Positions 13,065 to 25,594 of a DNA stretch of 64,000 nucleotides are shown here, piece after piece. Every line of letters starts with the position of its first letter. The stretch's first letter is position 1. Source of the DNA: Octopus sinensis (lineage: Eukaryota); NCBI RefSeq assembly GCF_006345805.1, contig NC_043003.1:7378001-7442000 (forward strand). Direction: 5' to 3'. Both the position numbers and the translations under genes were made by a program. Under the pieces are notes generated by a model. It worked only from the letters and a program-made list of their open reading frames with translations, was not told the DNA's origin and did not search any database.

Positions 13065-13925
13065 ACTCTTTTACTTGTTTCAGTCATTTGACTGTGACCA
13101 TGCTGGAGCATCGCCTTTAGCCGTGCAAATCGACCCCAGGACTTATTCTATCGGTCTCTTTTGCCGAACCGCTAAGTTACGGGGATGTAAACACACCACC
13201 ATCGGTTGTCAAGCGACTTTGGGGTGGGGGAACAAACAGACACACAAACATATACGCATACATTCATATATATATATATATATATATATATACCAGGCTT
13301 CTGACAGATCAAGATTGAAGCCTGGTGCAGCCATCTGGTTTGCTAGTCAAATCGTCCAACCCATGCTAGCATGGAAAGCAGATGTAAAACGATGATGATA
13401 CATATATACTGCGGGCTTCTTTCAGTTTCCGTCTACCAAATCCACTCACAAGGCTCTGGTCGGCCCGAGGCTACAGTAGAAGACACTTACCCAAGGTGCC
13501 ATGCAGTGGGACCGAACCCGAAACCATGTGGTTGGTATAACAATATTTGTATTCTTTTATTTGTTTCAGTCATTTGACTGTGGCCATGCTGGAGCACCGC
13601 CTTTTTAGTCAGACAAATCGATCCCAAGACTTATTCTTTGTAAGTTTAGTACTTATTCTATCGGTCTCTTTTGCCGAACTGCTTAGTTATGGGGACTTAA
13701 ACACACCAACATTGGTTGTCAATTGATGGTAGGAGGGACAACACAGACATATACACACACATATGATAGGCTTCTTTCAGTTTCCATCTACCAAATTCAC
13801 TCACAAGGCTTTGGTCGGCCCGAGGCTATAGTAGAAGACACTTGCCCAAGGTGTCACGCAGTGGGACTGAACCCAGAACCATGTGGTTGGTAAGCAAGAT
13901 ACTTACCACACAGCCACTCCTGTGC
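13065..13925 (-). mobile_element. Two adjacent SINE family A copies, the first interrupted by an RTE-tail fragment
   Basis: Two successive tail-to-head runs homologous to family A. Confidence 0.75.
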
Positions 13926-14490
13926 TTATAATTAGATTGATCCTAGTGCGTAACTGGTACTTATTTAATCGACCCTGAAAGGAGGAAAAGTAAAAGTCAA
14001 CCTCAGCGTAATTTGAACTCAGAATGTAGCTGCCATGCTAACGATTTTGCCAGCTCACTGCCATAATAATAATAATAATCCTTTCTACTGTAGGTACAAG
14101 ACTTGGGATTCTGGGGGAGGAGTTAAGCCAATTACATTGGCCCCAACACATACTGGTACTTATTTTATCGACCCTGAAGGGACGAAAGGCAAAGTTGACT
14201 TTGGTGGAATTCGAACACAGAACATATAGATTGATGAAATGCCACTAAGCATTTTCCTTGGCATGCTAACAATTCTGCCAGCTTTCTACTCTAGGCACAA
14301 GGCCTGAAATTTGAGGGGAAGGGGCTTGGTGATCACATCAACCCCAGTGCATAACTGGTACTTATTTCAATTGACTCTAAAAGGATGAAATGCAAAGTCA
14401 ACCTTGGCGGAATTTGAACTCAAAACCTAAAGATGAGCAAAAGCATTTTGCCCAGTGTGCTAACAACTTTGCCATCTTGCCTCCTTCTGA

Positions 14491-14827
14491 GACCCCCTTT
14501 GGTCACAACACTGACCATAGGATTGCACCTAGAAAGTTACCCTCCCAGGCACAAGTCCAAACAAGGTTGTTTATGGAAGACCAGCAGTTGCCCATGCATA
14601 CCCACCTCTCCTTTCCATGCCACTGATGTTACCCAGGGAAAGGCAAAGGGGCCGATACAGCTTGGCGTCATTGACGTCAAAACTCATTTCTACAGCTGAG
14701 TGAACTGGAGCAACATGAAATAAAGTGTCTTGCTCAAGAACACAACACGCAGCCCGGTCCTGGATTTGAACTCACAACCTCACGATTGTAAGCTTCACGC
14801 TCTAACCACTGAGCCATGCCACCTTCA
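14491..14827 (-). mobile_element. tRNA-derived SINE 'family D'; similar copy at ~62054-62353
   Basis: Head GGCTCAGTGGTTAGAGCG...GAGTTCAAATCC, CORE-like TTGAGCAAGACACTTT, tail ...CTAGGTGCAATCCTATGG. Confidence 0.8.
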
Positions 14828-15032
14828 CTGCCATTAAAATAACATAAATGATTTGAACTATTTATTTTCTTTTTCCTAACATTATTTTTCGATTGGCATA
14901 TTTTTTAATCCTCTTCAGGTGCTTATTTCCATAAAAGTTACAATACCTATCACTAGGATTGATCTTATGAACTTGTATTAGATTACGAAATCCAAGTTTT
15001 GTAGTTCTATATTTAAGAGATGAGAAATTATG

Positions 15033-15350
15033 TACATTATTTACATTTGACAGGGGGTATATCAGCCGAAATGTTGTGTTAACAACAAGGAATGGGAACC
15101 CAGGTTCAAAATTTCCCCAAGTCACCTGATGAAGGTATATCAGCTGAAATGCTTTAACAAAAAGGAATGAGAACCCAGGTTCAAAATTTCCCCAAGACAT
15201 CTGAAGAAGGTATATCAGCTGAAACGTGTTTACAATGGAACGAGAACCGAGGTTTGAAATTTCCCCAAGACACCTGAAGAAGGCTGTTAACAGCCAAAAC
15301 GTGTTAACAACAAACAAGATGAGGACAAATATCTGTCAAATGTAAATAAT
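15033..15350 (+). mobile_element. Penelope-like element terminal remnant: ~74-bp tandem hammerhead-like units between 18-bp inverted repeats
   Basis: CTGA(T/A)GA...GAAA repeated at 15126, 15201 and 15274. ATTATTTACATTTGACAG / CTGTCAAATGTAAATAAT flank the array. The PLE assignment is inferred from the motifs. Confidence 0.6.
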
Positions 15351-16665
15351 ATCCAAGTTTTGTTACAAAATTTTATGAGTTTAAGTCCAATATACGGAAT
15401 GTTGTATACATCAAAATAAAACACCTGAAGAAGAATTTAGAATATGTGACTTGTGAAATATTGTCAACGATATAAAAATTTAGGTTAATAGTTTTATGAT
15501 AATTGCTAAGGTTAGATGTCATTGCTGAGATTTTAGAATCTTTACATTTGATTGTGCGACTCTGTTTTGCTTTCTTTATAATTTACTTGTTCGTTTTGTC
15601 CTTAAATCTTTATTTTCATCATCATCATCATTTAGCATCCACGTTCCATGCTGTCATAGGTTGGCTGGTTTGACAGGAGCTGGTGAGGCCCCTCACTTCA
15701 CCAGCCTCTGTTGTCTGTTTTGGCATGATTTCTACAGCTGGATGCCTTTTCTAACATCAACCACACTACAAAGGGTATTGGCTGCCTTTTATGTGGAACC
15801 AGGCTCACATGTGGCTGTGTGGTTAAGAAGCTTGTTTCCTAACCATGTGGTCTTCAGTTCAATCCCACTGCATGCCTCCTTGTGCAAGTGTCCTCTACTA
15901 TATCCCTGGGCCAACTAAAGCTGTGTGAGTAGATTTGGATGGAAACTAAAAGCAGTGTGTTGTGTGTGTGGTTTAGTGGTTAGCGTTTTCAGCTCACAAT
16001 TGTAAGGTCGTGAGTTCAATTCCCAGCACTGCATTGTGTCTTTGAGCAAGACACTTTATTTCATGTTGCTCCAGTCCACTCAGCTGGCAGTAGTGAGTTG
16101 TACCAGTAATTCAACGGGCCAGCCTTGTCACATTCTATCATCATCATCATCATCATCATCCAATGTTTTAAATCTGGGTTTTGTCCCCGTTAATAGGAAT
16201 GGCCAGATCTACCTCAATGCCATAGCAACTAAGGCAGTCAGGTGCAGCCCACCCCAACCTTTGGGCTGGCTGGTGCCCATTCTCCCTTGCTATCACCAGG
16301 GTTTTTGGAGTTGGTTTTTCTACGTGGAACATGCCCTTGCTTACCCTCAACCTCAGTTTCTAGACATGAGTGGTCCCAAGACCAAGGCCTCTATCACGAT
16401 TTTTAAGAAATGTGGTGGAAAACTGTATGACACTGTAACTGCCGAGGGCATGCGTAGTTACTGCATCTATTGGAAAGGTTGATGGAGCTTGGAATACCAA
16501 TTAGGAGTGTCAAGTTGGAACATATCATGTACTTAATGTAGAGTGAAGGATATTGGGAGAAGAAAATTTTAAAACAAATTAAATTTAATGATTCCATTAT
16601 ATTTGGGAATCATTTTGGTAGATACTGTTTATAGTTGTAAGTGACTATATTCTTAATGGTGGATA

Positions 16666-17062
16666 TCTTTATATATAAAAGAGAGGTTGTGTGCTGTCTG
16701 TCTCCTACAATTTAGATTCCTAACTACTCCCACATTTTGCGGTGCAGTTTAACCAAAACCGGGTATCTTATAGTCGTGATTCATATCGAGCCCTTCTGGG
16801 TATTAGCGCGCGTCTACGAAGAGTCTACGATTTAAAAAAAAATTTACCATAAATTTTTCCCATTTTTAATGAATTTTTGGCATATATAAGGGAAGTAACT
16901 CTCTAAAAATTTATTATTAAATCTCAGAATGTAAAAAGCTACAGTAACACCCCGCCCCTTGTGGTTAGCCATTTTGAGATGGCTATTATACTTTACATCT
17001 CTAAAAATGCTTATATAGTTATTTCCCTTACAAGCCCAAGCAACGCCGGGCGATACTGCTAG
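16666..17062 (+). mobile_element. Non-autonomous Helitron
   Basis: Starts A|TCTTTATATATAAAAG and ends CCCAAGCAACGCCGGG-N8-CTAG|T: 5' TC, 3' CTAG, subterminal GC hairpin, A/T insertion site. Confidence 0.85.
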
Positions 17063-18666
17063 TTAATGATATTAAGAGAATACATTAAAGCAAATTTAGA
17101 TGAAAGATGTATTTAAAAATTTTTTTTCTTCAGTTATTATTAGAGAAGTTACTAATTATGTCTGAAGTCAAACTAAATAAGTAACTGAGGGATTTCTTCC
17201 TTAAGACCCCTTTCCAGAGCCCCCCTCCCACGCACACGCACACCTAACTGTATGTTGAAAGCTTTATTATATCTAGGGATAATCATATTTCTGTCAATCA
17301 CTATACATTTGGCCAACACTTCAGTTTCAGTTATTATTATTATTATTTTACTGTCCTTTGTCTAAGCTCTTTTGTCCACAGTATGGACTAAACAGAACAA
17401 GAGGAGACACGTGGGATAAAGAGTGGCTGAAGAGGTCACAAGATGCGTGACAAAAGAGCTTAGACACGTCAAGCTGAACCTCTCTGAGAACAACATTATG
17501 GGTTACACGTGTCTGTAGAGTGCTCAGCCACTTATGTGTTAATTTCATTGGCATTGTGTTGTACTTGAGAAGAAGACCCATCAAGCTGAGCAAAGTTGCA
17601 GTCGAGGCAGATACTGGAGTCACGCAAATTGGCACCCGTGCTGGTGGCACGTAAGCACACCCTTGTGTCATGCAAATGGTACCCATGCCGGTAGCACGTA
17701 AACACACCCCGGTGTCATGCAAATGGTACCCGTGCTGATGGCACGTAAACACATCCAGTTGTCACACAAATGATAACCGTGCCAGTGGCACATAAAAGCC
17801 CTCTGGGAGTGGTTGACATTAGGAAGAACATCCAGCCATATAAAACCATGCCGAATCAGTAGAGTCTGGTGCAGCCTTCCAAACCGTCCAACCCATGCCA
17901 GCATGGACATCATCATCATCATTGTTTAACATCCGCTTTCCATGCTAGCATGGGTTGGACGATTTTGACTGAGGGCTGGCAAACCAGATGGCTGCACCAG
18001 GCTCCAATCTTGATCTGGCAGAGTTTCTACAGCTGGATGCCCTTCCTAACACCAACCACTCCGAGAGTGTAGTGGGTGCTTTTTACGTGCCACCGGCATG
18101 GGGGCCAGTCAGGTGGTACTGGCAACGACCTTGCTCGAATCTTTTTACAAATGCCACCGGCACAGGTGCCAGTAAGGCGACATTAGTAACGATCACGCTC
18201 GAATGGTGCCCTTTTACGTGCCACCGGCACAGAGCCAGTTAGCCGCTCTGTCAACGATCACGCTCGTATGGTGCTCTTTGCACCCCGCTAGTACGGATGT
18301 CAGTCATCGAATTTGATTTTGAATTCACTTGCCTACAGACGTTAAATGATGATGATGATGATGTTGCTCTATTGGTTGGATCAACCAGAATCCTCTGTGC
18401 CAGTGTGTGTGTGTGTATATATATGTTTGTGTGTATCCTTGTCTAGACATCATGTAGTGGCTGTAAATGAGCATCACCGTCATACAAGCGAGGTTGTTTG
18501 CCTCCTTCCAGTCTTCCATGAAAAACATGTCTGGCCTTGAGGAAATACGACCTTGCCTGGAAACAGGTGAGGGTTGATGACAGGAAGGGCATCCAGCTAT
18601 AGAAAACTGGCTTCAGCGAATTCTATCAGACCCCTGCAAGTGAGCGCTAAATGATGATGATGATGA

Positions 18667-18875
18667 TCCCTGGAGAAGGACATCATGCTCGGAATGGTCA
18701 GTGGCAAGAGAGGAAGAGGTCGACCAAGAACCTGCTGGCTTGACACCATCAGGAGTGATACCGGAATGGACATGGCCAATCTGAAGGAAGCTGCCCAGGA
18801 TAGAACTGACTGGAGGACACTGATCCAATGAGTGACCGAGAGTCGACTTCGACTGAGCGGATAGAGAGAGAGATA
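18667..18875 (+). mobile_element. RTE/BovB-like LINE extreme 3' end (different family)
   Basis: SLEKDIMLGMVSGKRGRGRPRTCWLDTI...KEAAQDRTDWRTLI, then an (AG)n tail. Confidence 0.82.
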
Positions 18876-18963
18876 ACGATGATTCTGGCATTACAATGTC
18901 AAAAGGTAGACTAGTGATATCTCTGCCTTTGTTGCTGCTTGTTTGAACATGTTTGGTAAATTT

Positions 18964-19362
18964 CTCTTACTCTTTACTCTTTTACTTGTTTCAGTCATTT
19001 GACTGCGGTCATGCTGGAGCACCGCCTTTAGTCAAGCAAATCGACCCCGGGACTTATTCTTTGTAAGCCCAGTACATATTCTATCGGACTCTTTTGCCGA
19101 ATCGCTAAGTGACGGAGACGTAAACACACCAGCATCAGTTGTCAACCAATGCTAGGGGGACAAACACACACATACATATATATATACATACATATATACG
19201 ACAGGCTTCTTTCAGTTTCCGTCTACCAAATCCACTCACAAGGCATTGGTCGGCCCGGGGCTATAGTAGAAGACACTTGGCCAAGGTGCCACGCAGTGGG
19301 ACTGAACCCGGAGCCATGTGGTTGGTTAGCAAGCTACTTACCACACAGCCACTCCTGCGCCT
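18964..19362 (-). mobile_element. SINE family A, full length
   Basis: Head ends ...ACTCCTGCGCCT at 19362; the (TTACTCT) tail is at the left. Confidence 0.87.
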
Positions 19363-19662
19363 ATTGTATAACTTGTCTTTCTCTTTTCCATATCCTCCCT
19401 GCTTCCTTCTCCCTTCCACCCCCCTCCTCTCTCTCGCCACTTTCTTTTATGTTCATGTGGGTACATGTTAATAGTTTTGCAGGGCCTTTTTTAAAAAATT
19501 TTATATACAAATTATTTTGTTTGTTTCTATGTTTATGTATTTGTTTTGAAAGATTCTTATTGTGAAACTGTGTCTTGAAAGAGTTATTGTTATATCTAGG
19601 GATAATCATATTTCTGCTAATCAAACACATACACTCCACACATGGCCTACACTTCAGTTTCA

Positions 19663-19831
19663 ATTATTATTATTATTATTATTTTACTGTCCTTTGTCTA
19701 AGCTCTTTTGTCCACAGTATGGACTAAACAGAACAAGAGGAGACACGTGGGATAAAGAGTGGCTGAAGAGGTCACAGGATGTGTGACAAAAGAGCTTAGA
19801 CAAAGGACACTAAAATAATAATAATAATAAT
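19663..19831. repeat. Short palindromic element (MITE-like); truncated copy at ~17333-17466
   Basis: Arms (ATT)n-TTTA(C/G)TGTCCTTTGTCTAAGCTCTTTTGTC are inverted, with one mismatch, around a ~70-bp spacer. Confidence 0.75.
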
Positions 19832-20124
19832 GATAAAGTTGAAGTGTGTTTAAATACATCTGTTTAATTGGCACAAATATGTCCATTCCCAAGTACTTAA
19901 CAATATTTCATTGTATTCTTTTGTTTCAGTCATTTGACTGTGGCCATGCTGGAGCATGGCCTTTAGTCGAGCAAATTTACCCCAGGACTTACTCTTTGTA
20001 AGCCTAGCACTTATTCTATTGGTCTTTTTTGCCAAACTGCTAAGTTACAGGGATGTAAACAGCACCAGTTGTCAAGCGATGTTGGGGAGACAGACACAGA
20101 CACACAAACATATATATATATAAA

Positions 20125-20159
<35 letters not shown>

Positions 20160-20160
20160 A

Positions 20161-21161
20161 GTCCAAGTTAATGGTTTGCGGTGCGAGCAGTGGCGTGCCT
20201 CAAGGTTCAGTGCTTGGGCCCTTATTGTTCTTAGTCTTCATAAATGACTTGCCCGACGACCTCACGCAACACACCCTTCTATTTGCCGACGATATCAAAC
20301 TGGTCGCTCCTCGCGGTGATATAGAGGATCTTCGTCGATGCCTCCACCAAATTTGGAGGTGGTCTAACGAATGGGACCTGTGTCTGAACGTGTCAAAGTG
20401 CTGTCATCTGCCTGTTGGCTCTCCTCCTGCAACTCAACTTGATTTCGAGCCGGGTCGTCTGCTGCTGGAGAGGACCGATCAGGTAAAGGACCTGGGTATC
20501 TTGGTGGATTCCTCCTTTTCGCCTTCGGCCCAGTGCGTCCATGCTGCCAACAAAGCACGCGGAATTCTGTTCTTGATTCGACGGTCATTCGGAATGCTCA
20601 CAGCAGCCATATTCCTACCACTCTATGTCACGCTGGTGAGACCCATATTGGAGTATGGGATTCAAGCCTCTTCTCCTTATCTCCTCAAAGACATACAGCA
20701 TCTCGAAAGAGTCCAGAAGCTGGCTACCTGCATGGTTCATGGTCTCAAAAATTTGTCCTATGAAGAAAGGCTGAGGACACTCGACCTTTATTCTCTAGAA
20801 AAACGCCGCCGCCGTGGTGATCTCATTCTCGCCCACAACATCATAAACGGAAAGTGTAACCTCTCGAAAGAGCTGTTCTTCACTCCTGCTCCAGAGCGTC
20901 GCCTGCGGGGTCATTCCGAAAAGCTCTACCTGCGACGATTTCATCTCAATCGAAGGAGAGGAGCTTTCTCCGTCCGGGTTGCGGATCCGTGGAACAAGCT
21001 GCCAGACGAGATGGTGACGACCGCTTTGTTCAAAGCCTCCCTTGACCTCAAGTGGCCTGAACTCTTTACATGAACACCACCCTGTACTTAACACCATGTC
21101 CCCCTACATGGCCTTGCTATTTGCTTTTGAGCCAAATTAACTAACTAACTAACTAACTAAC
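20161..21161 (+). mobile_element. 5'-truncated CR1-clade LINE: RT C-terminal ORF, 3' UTR and (TAAC)n tail
   Basis: SGVPQGSVLGPLLFLVFINDLP...LFADDIKL...LERVQKLAT...YEERLRTLDLYSLEKRRRRGDLI reads open to the stop at 21073. Inserted in a SINE microsatellite. Confidence 0.93.
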
Positions 21162-21179
21162 ATATATATATATATATAA

Positions 21180-21350
21180 GGATGAAAAGGAACACGCGAG
21201 TTGATATATATGAAAAAACAAGTCAAGATAGAAAATGCTAAAATAATTTTATAAAGAACATTTCAGTACCGGTTTCAGTCATTTTGAGACCTTTTCAACT
21301 GTAATGATTAAATAATTAAATTTAGAAAAATTAAAAGAAAAGTTTTTTTA
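21180..21350 (-). mobile_element. Probable Penelope-like remnant carrying a hammerhead-like motif
   Basis: Minus strand CAG-TTGAAAA-GGTC-N7-GACT-GAAA-CCGG-TA-CTG. Confidence 0.5.
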
Positions 21351-22875
21351 AAAGAATATTTGTATAGTGTTCAAATATAAGTGGTATTTTCCTTGTTTCT
21401 GCCTGTCTCTGTCTCTCTTATTTACACTTGTGGGTTCGAGGTTGTTGTGGTTTATACATATATATATAAAAAGAGAGAGAGAGAGCAATAAGAAAATGGA
21501 GGGGATCAATAGGTGGTTCATCATCTTTTAGATATTATATTATGTCAGTTTATTTATTTATTTACCAAAATGACAATTACAAGAATATACATACATGTAT
21601 AACATATTATGCTTTACAAATAAAATATATAAAGATACCAGTAATTATTAAAATATAATGTACAGGACAGTGCCGCCTTGATAGGCTTCTGTGCCGGTGG
21701 CACGTAAAAATCACCAACCGATCGTGGCCATTGCTAGCCTCCCCTGGCACCTGTGCTGGTGGCACGTAAAAAGCACCCACTACACTCATGGAGTGGTTGG
21801 CATTAGGAAGGGCATCCAGCTGTTGAAACACTGCCAGATCAGACTGGTGCCTGGTGCAGCCTCCTGGCTTCCCAGACCCCGGTCGAACCGTCCAACTCAT
21901 GCTAGCATGGAAAACAGACATTAAACGATGATGATGAACTGAAAATAGATAAAGTTGTAAATAATAACATGTAAATGTTTGGATTAGAAAATTCCTTTGG
22001 TTAGTAAATTCGAAGGCTAAACACATTTTTCTGTGTTTATCAGGTTTATATCTTAATAAATGTGTGTATTTGTGTAGACATACTTTTCTGTGTTCCAATA
22101 CATTTCATGATGAATTAAATTCTCTATTTCCTTATATTGTCTGATTATACTTGCAATCTTTCTAAGTATTTTTACTCTGCCCCTAAACATGTTTGTTTAG
22201 TTTTCTCTTCTAGGCTTCTTTCAATAGGGAGATACATTTTGTTATCACAGACCCAAGTACATTTTTTTTGTCCTTTCTTGACTACAATTGAAACTATAGA
22301 GTTCAAAGGTCAAAAATTAACTCTGCAGTTGTATTTGTTGATTCAAGGAGAAGGAGCAGTGCCCATAGCCTTTCTAGGCACTCAAAGACTGACCAAAGTC
22401 TGAACAACAGTACTTATAACCAGTGTGGTGCTAAGTTTATTATTGGTGAAATGATATTGTTAAAGACAAAGTTGATCACAGCTGGATTCATTCAGAGTTC
22501 ACATCCTGCCCTTGTCAACTTTGCCTTTTATACTCTCAGGGTCATTAAAATATAATACATCTATTCTCTTTTATTACTGATCCAAGATGACATGGTCCAC
22601 TAATTGGGAACTGTGTTATGCTTATCACAAATTAATGTATGATTACATGGGTTGGTGATTGATCAAAAATTCTACTTTAAACATAAAAACATCTCAGTGA
22701 CCATCCACAATCCTCAAGACAACTTGAGTCTCAGAATGAAACCTATTTTCCCCACTGCTGTATAAAGATGTTATTAAAGTCAAAGCTGACCTCTGTCAGT
22801 AGGATTCATCCTGAGTTCACATCCTGCCAATATCTACTTTGCCTTTCATCCTCCCAGGGTCAATAAAATAACGTA

Positions 22876-23430
22876 CATCATCATCATCGTTTAACGCCCG
22901 CTTTCCATACTTGCATGGGTTGGATGGTTTGACTGAGGACTGGCAAGCCAGGAGGCTATACAAGGCTCCACTCTAATCTGGCGAGGTTTTTACAGCTGGA
23001 TGCCCTTCCTAATGCCAACCACTCCAAAGGTGTAATGGGTGCTTTTTACGTGCCACTAGCACAAGGACCAGTCAGGTGATATTGGCATCGACCACACTTT
23101 GAATGGTGCTTTTTATGTGCCACTGCCATGGGTGTCAGTCAGGCAGCATTGGCATTGGCCACGTCAAAGACTTCACTTGCCTCAACAATCTTCACAAGTG
23201 CAGTTTATTGCCCAATGATTGAAGGGCACCCTTAAATAGGCCGGTTATGCTGCACTGGCATAGGCCACAGTTACAGTCTCACTTGGCTTTCCAGGTCTTC
23301 TCAAGCACAGCATACCTCCGAAGGTCTTGGTCACTCATCATCGCCTCCGCAAGGCACAACTTTTGAAGGTCATGCTTCACCACCTCATCCCAGGTCTTCC
23401 TGGGTCTACTTCTTCCACAGGTTTCCTCTA
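22876..23430 (-). mobile_element. RTE-clade LINE 3' end; links the very abundant '(GAT)n-tailed' repeat to an RTE ORF
   Basis: Minus frame EETCGRSRPRKTWDEVVKHDLQKLCLAEAMMSDQDLRRYAVLEKTWKAK* (stop 23281-23279), then a 3' UTR with ...AGGAAGGGCATCCAGCTGTAAAAAC... and a GATGATG tail. Dozens of 5'-truncated tails occur in the window (e.g. 1230-1610, 3150-3600, 17560-18370, 37560-38250, 44510-45090, 50790-51590). Confidence 0.85.
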
Positions 23431-25594
23431 ATCACTGATCTAAAATGATACAGTATGCTCAGTTGTGAGCCTTGTTTCACTCATCACAGAGAGATCTGTG
23501 ATGACACAGATTGGTGATCGTTCAAAGAATCTGCTTGGACTGCAAAAAATGAACCCCGAGGACCATCCACAATACTCAGGACAACTTGACAGGTCTCAGA
23601 ACAAAACTTATTTATTCCATAGGTTCTATTATTCATTTAACATGGTACCTTTTGTGTGGGGGCGGGACCAAACACCTATGATAAACAAAAAGAGACGTAA
23701 CTGTCAAGTACTGGATTCCCATATTGGTAAGTTACCTATTTTAATACTTGGTTGCAATTCTCTTCTCGGAACCTTCTTTCCTCAATTTGCTGCTTTCTGG
23801 AACTCACTACTATCGTCTCGTTTCCAAATTCAGAACTGGGTTGTTAATATATTGGATCCTCTTCTTTCTACTGGGCTGGAATCTTTGAGTCATCATCAAA
23901 ATGTATCTTCGTTGTGTCTTTTACGTAAATATTTCCTTGACCAACCTGTGCTGGTGGAATGTAAAAAGCACCATCTGAACGTGGCCGATGCCAGCGCCAC
24001 CTTGACTGACTTCCGTGCTGGTGGCATGTAAAAAGCATCATCCGATCGTGACCGTTGCCAGTCTCCCCTGGCACCTGTGCCAGTGGCACATAAAAAGCAC
24101 CCACTACACTCATGGAGTGGTTGGCGTTAGGAAGAGCATCCAGCTGTAGAAACCTTGCCAGATCAGACTGGAGCCTGGTGCAGCCTTCTGGCTTCCCAAA
24201 CCCCGATCGAACCGTCCAACCCATGACAGCATGGAAAACGGACGTTAAACGATGATGATGATGATGATTTCCTTGACCGTTGTCCTGATGACCTTTCTGG
24301 TTTACCCCTCTCTGTCAAATGTTTTAAACTTGTCCCTCGCTTCCCTGCCCAGCTGCATCATTTCTCTGTTCAGCTTCCTGTTAGTCACAAGTCCTTCTCT
24401 TCTAATTGCTTCTTTCCTTGAACTGGTGCTTTCTGGAACCCACTACCATAGTCTTCTTTTCCTCTGGTCTATTATATTCAGTCCTTTAACTTGTTAACAT
24501 TTAAACACACCATATCCAGCCCAAACATTCTAAATGCTTGTGGTATTTCGTCCGCCACTGTGTTCTGAGTTCAAATTCTGCCGAGGTCGACTTTGCCTTT
24601 CATCCTTTCGGGGTCGATAAATTAAGTACCAGTTATGCACTGGGGTCAATGTAATCAACTTAATCCATTTGTCTGTCCTTGTTTGTCCACTCTGTGTTTA
24701 GCCCCTTGTGGACAATAAAGAAATAAGAAGCCTGCACCAAACTTCTGTGGGTGTTTTGGCAGGAGTTTTACAGCTGGATGCCCTTCCTAACACCAACCAC
24801 TTAACAGAGTTGACTGGCATTCTGAGTGGTCAAGGGTTAAACCAGCCATATCCAGCCCAGATATTCTACTTGTTGTATGTTCAAACTAACCAGATATAGC
24901 CTCTCACACCTACCCAACAATGCCATTCTAAAAATAAACAATCACATCATTGAAGTCTCAAAATTGTGAGATAATGCATAATTAATTTGAAACAATGTAA
25001 ATAAATAAGCAGCATTGCATTTGACAGAGTGATCTGAATGCTAAAGGATTAAGCTTTCATCCCTTTTGAATTTGTTGGTCCCTTCTTTTCCTTCCTTGTA
25101 GTCCCTTACACTACAATGGCTTTGTGCCTTGTTTACAAAAAAAATTACTTAAAAATAAAATTAATTCATGTAGCTTTCTGATATGAAAGTCACACATCCT
25201 TTTGTCCTTATAATTTTAAGGGATGGCACCCCCTGTTGTTAATAGTGGAAGAAGAAGGATTGGTTCCTGGGAAAGAAATTCCAGGGTTTCTCTTTTTTTC
25301 TCAACAATTGAGGGTTTAATTCTTGACTGAGTCACACACACATTTATTTGTCAGTGTTACTGATAAATCTTTTATCTTTCATCTTTTACTTGTATCAGCC
25401 ATTGGACTGTGGCCATGCTGGGGCACCATCTTGAAGGGTTTAGTTGAACAGATCAACCCCACTACTTATTTTATAAGTCTGGTACATATTCTATCTGTCT
25501 CTTATGCTAAACTGCTAAGTTATGGGAATGTTAACAAACTAATACTGGCCATCAAGTAGTGGAGGGACACAAACACACACACACACACACAGTT

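Noticed and set aside
14887-14918. Minus-strand CTGAAGA-G-GATT...AATC-GAAA hammerhead-like core
   Set aside because: No helix III/NUH or stem I partner follows GAAA, so it is too incomplete to call.
23465-24031. 188-aa ORF as a third gene
   Set aside because: It has no recognisable domain and runs into RTE 3' UTR sequence; no coherent exon chain was found in the 9-47 kb interval.
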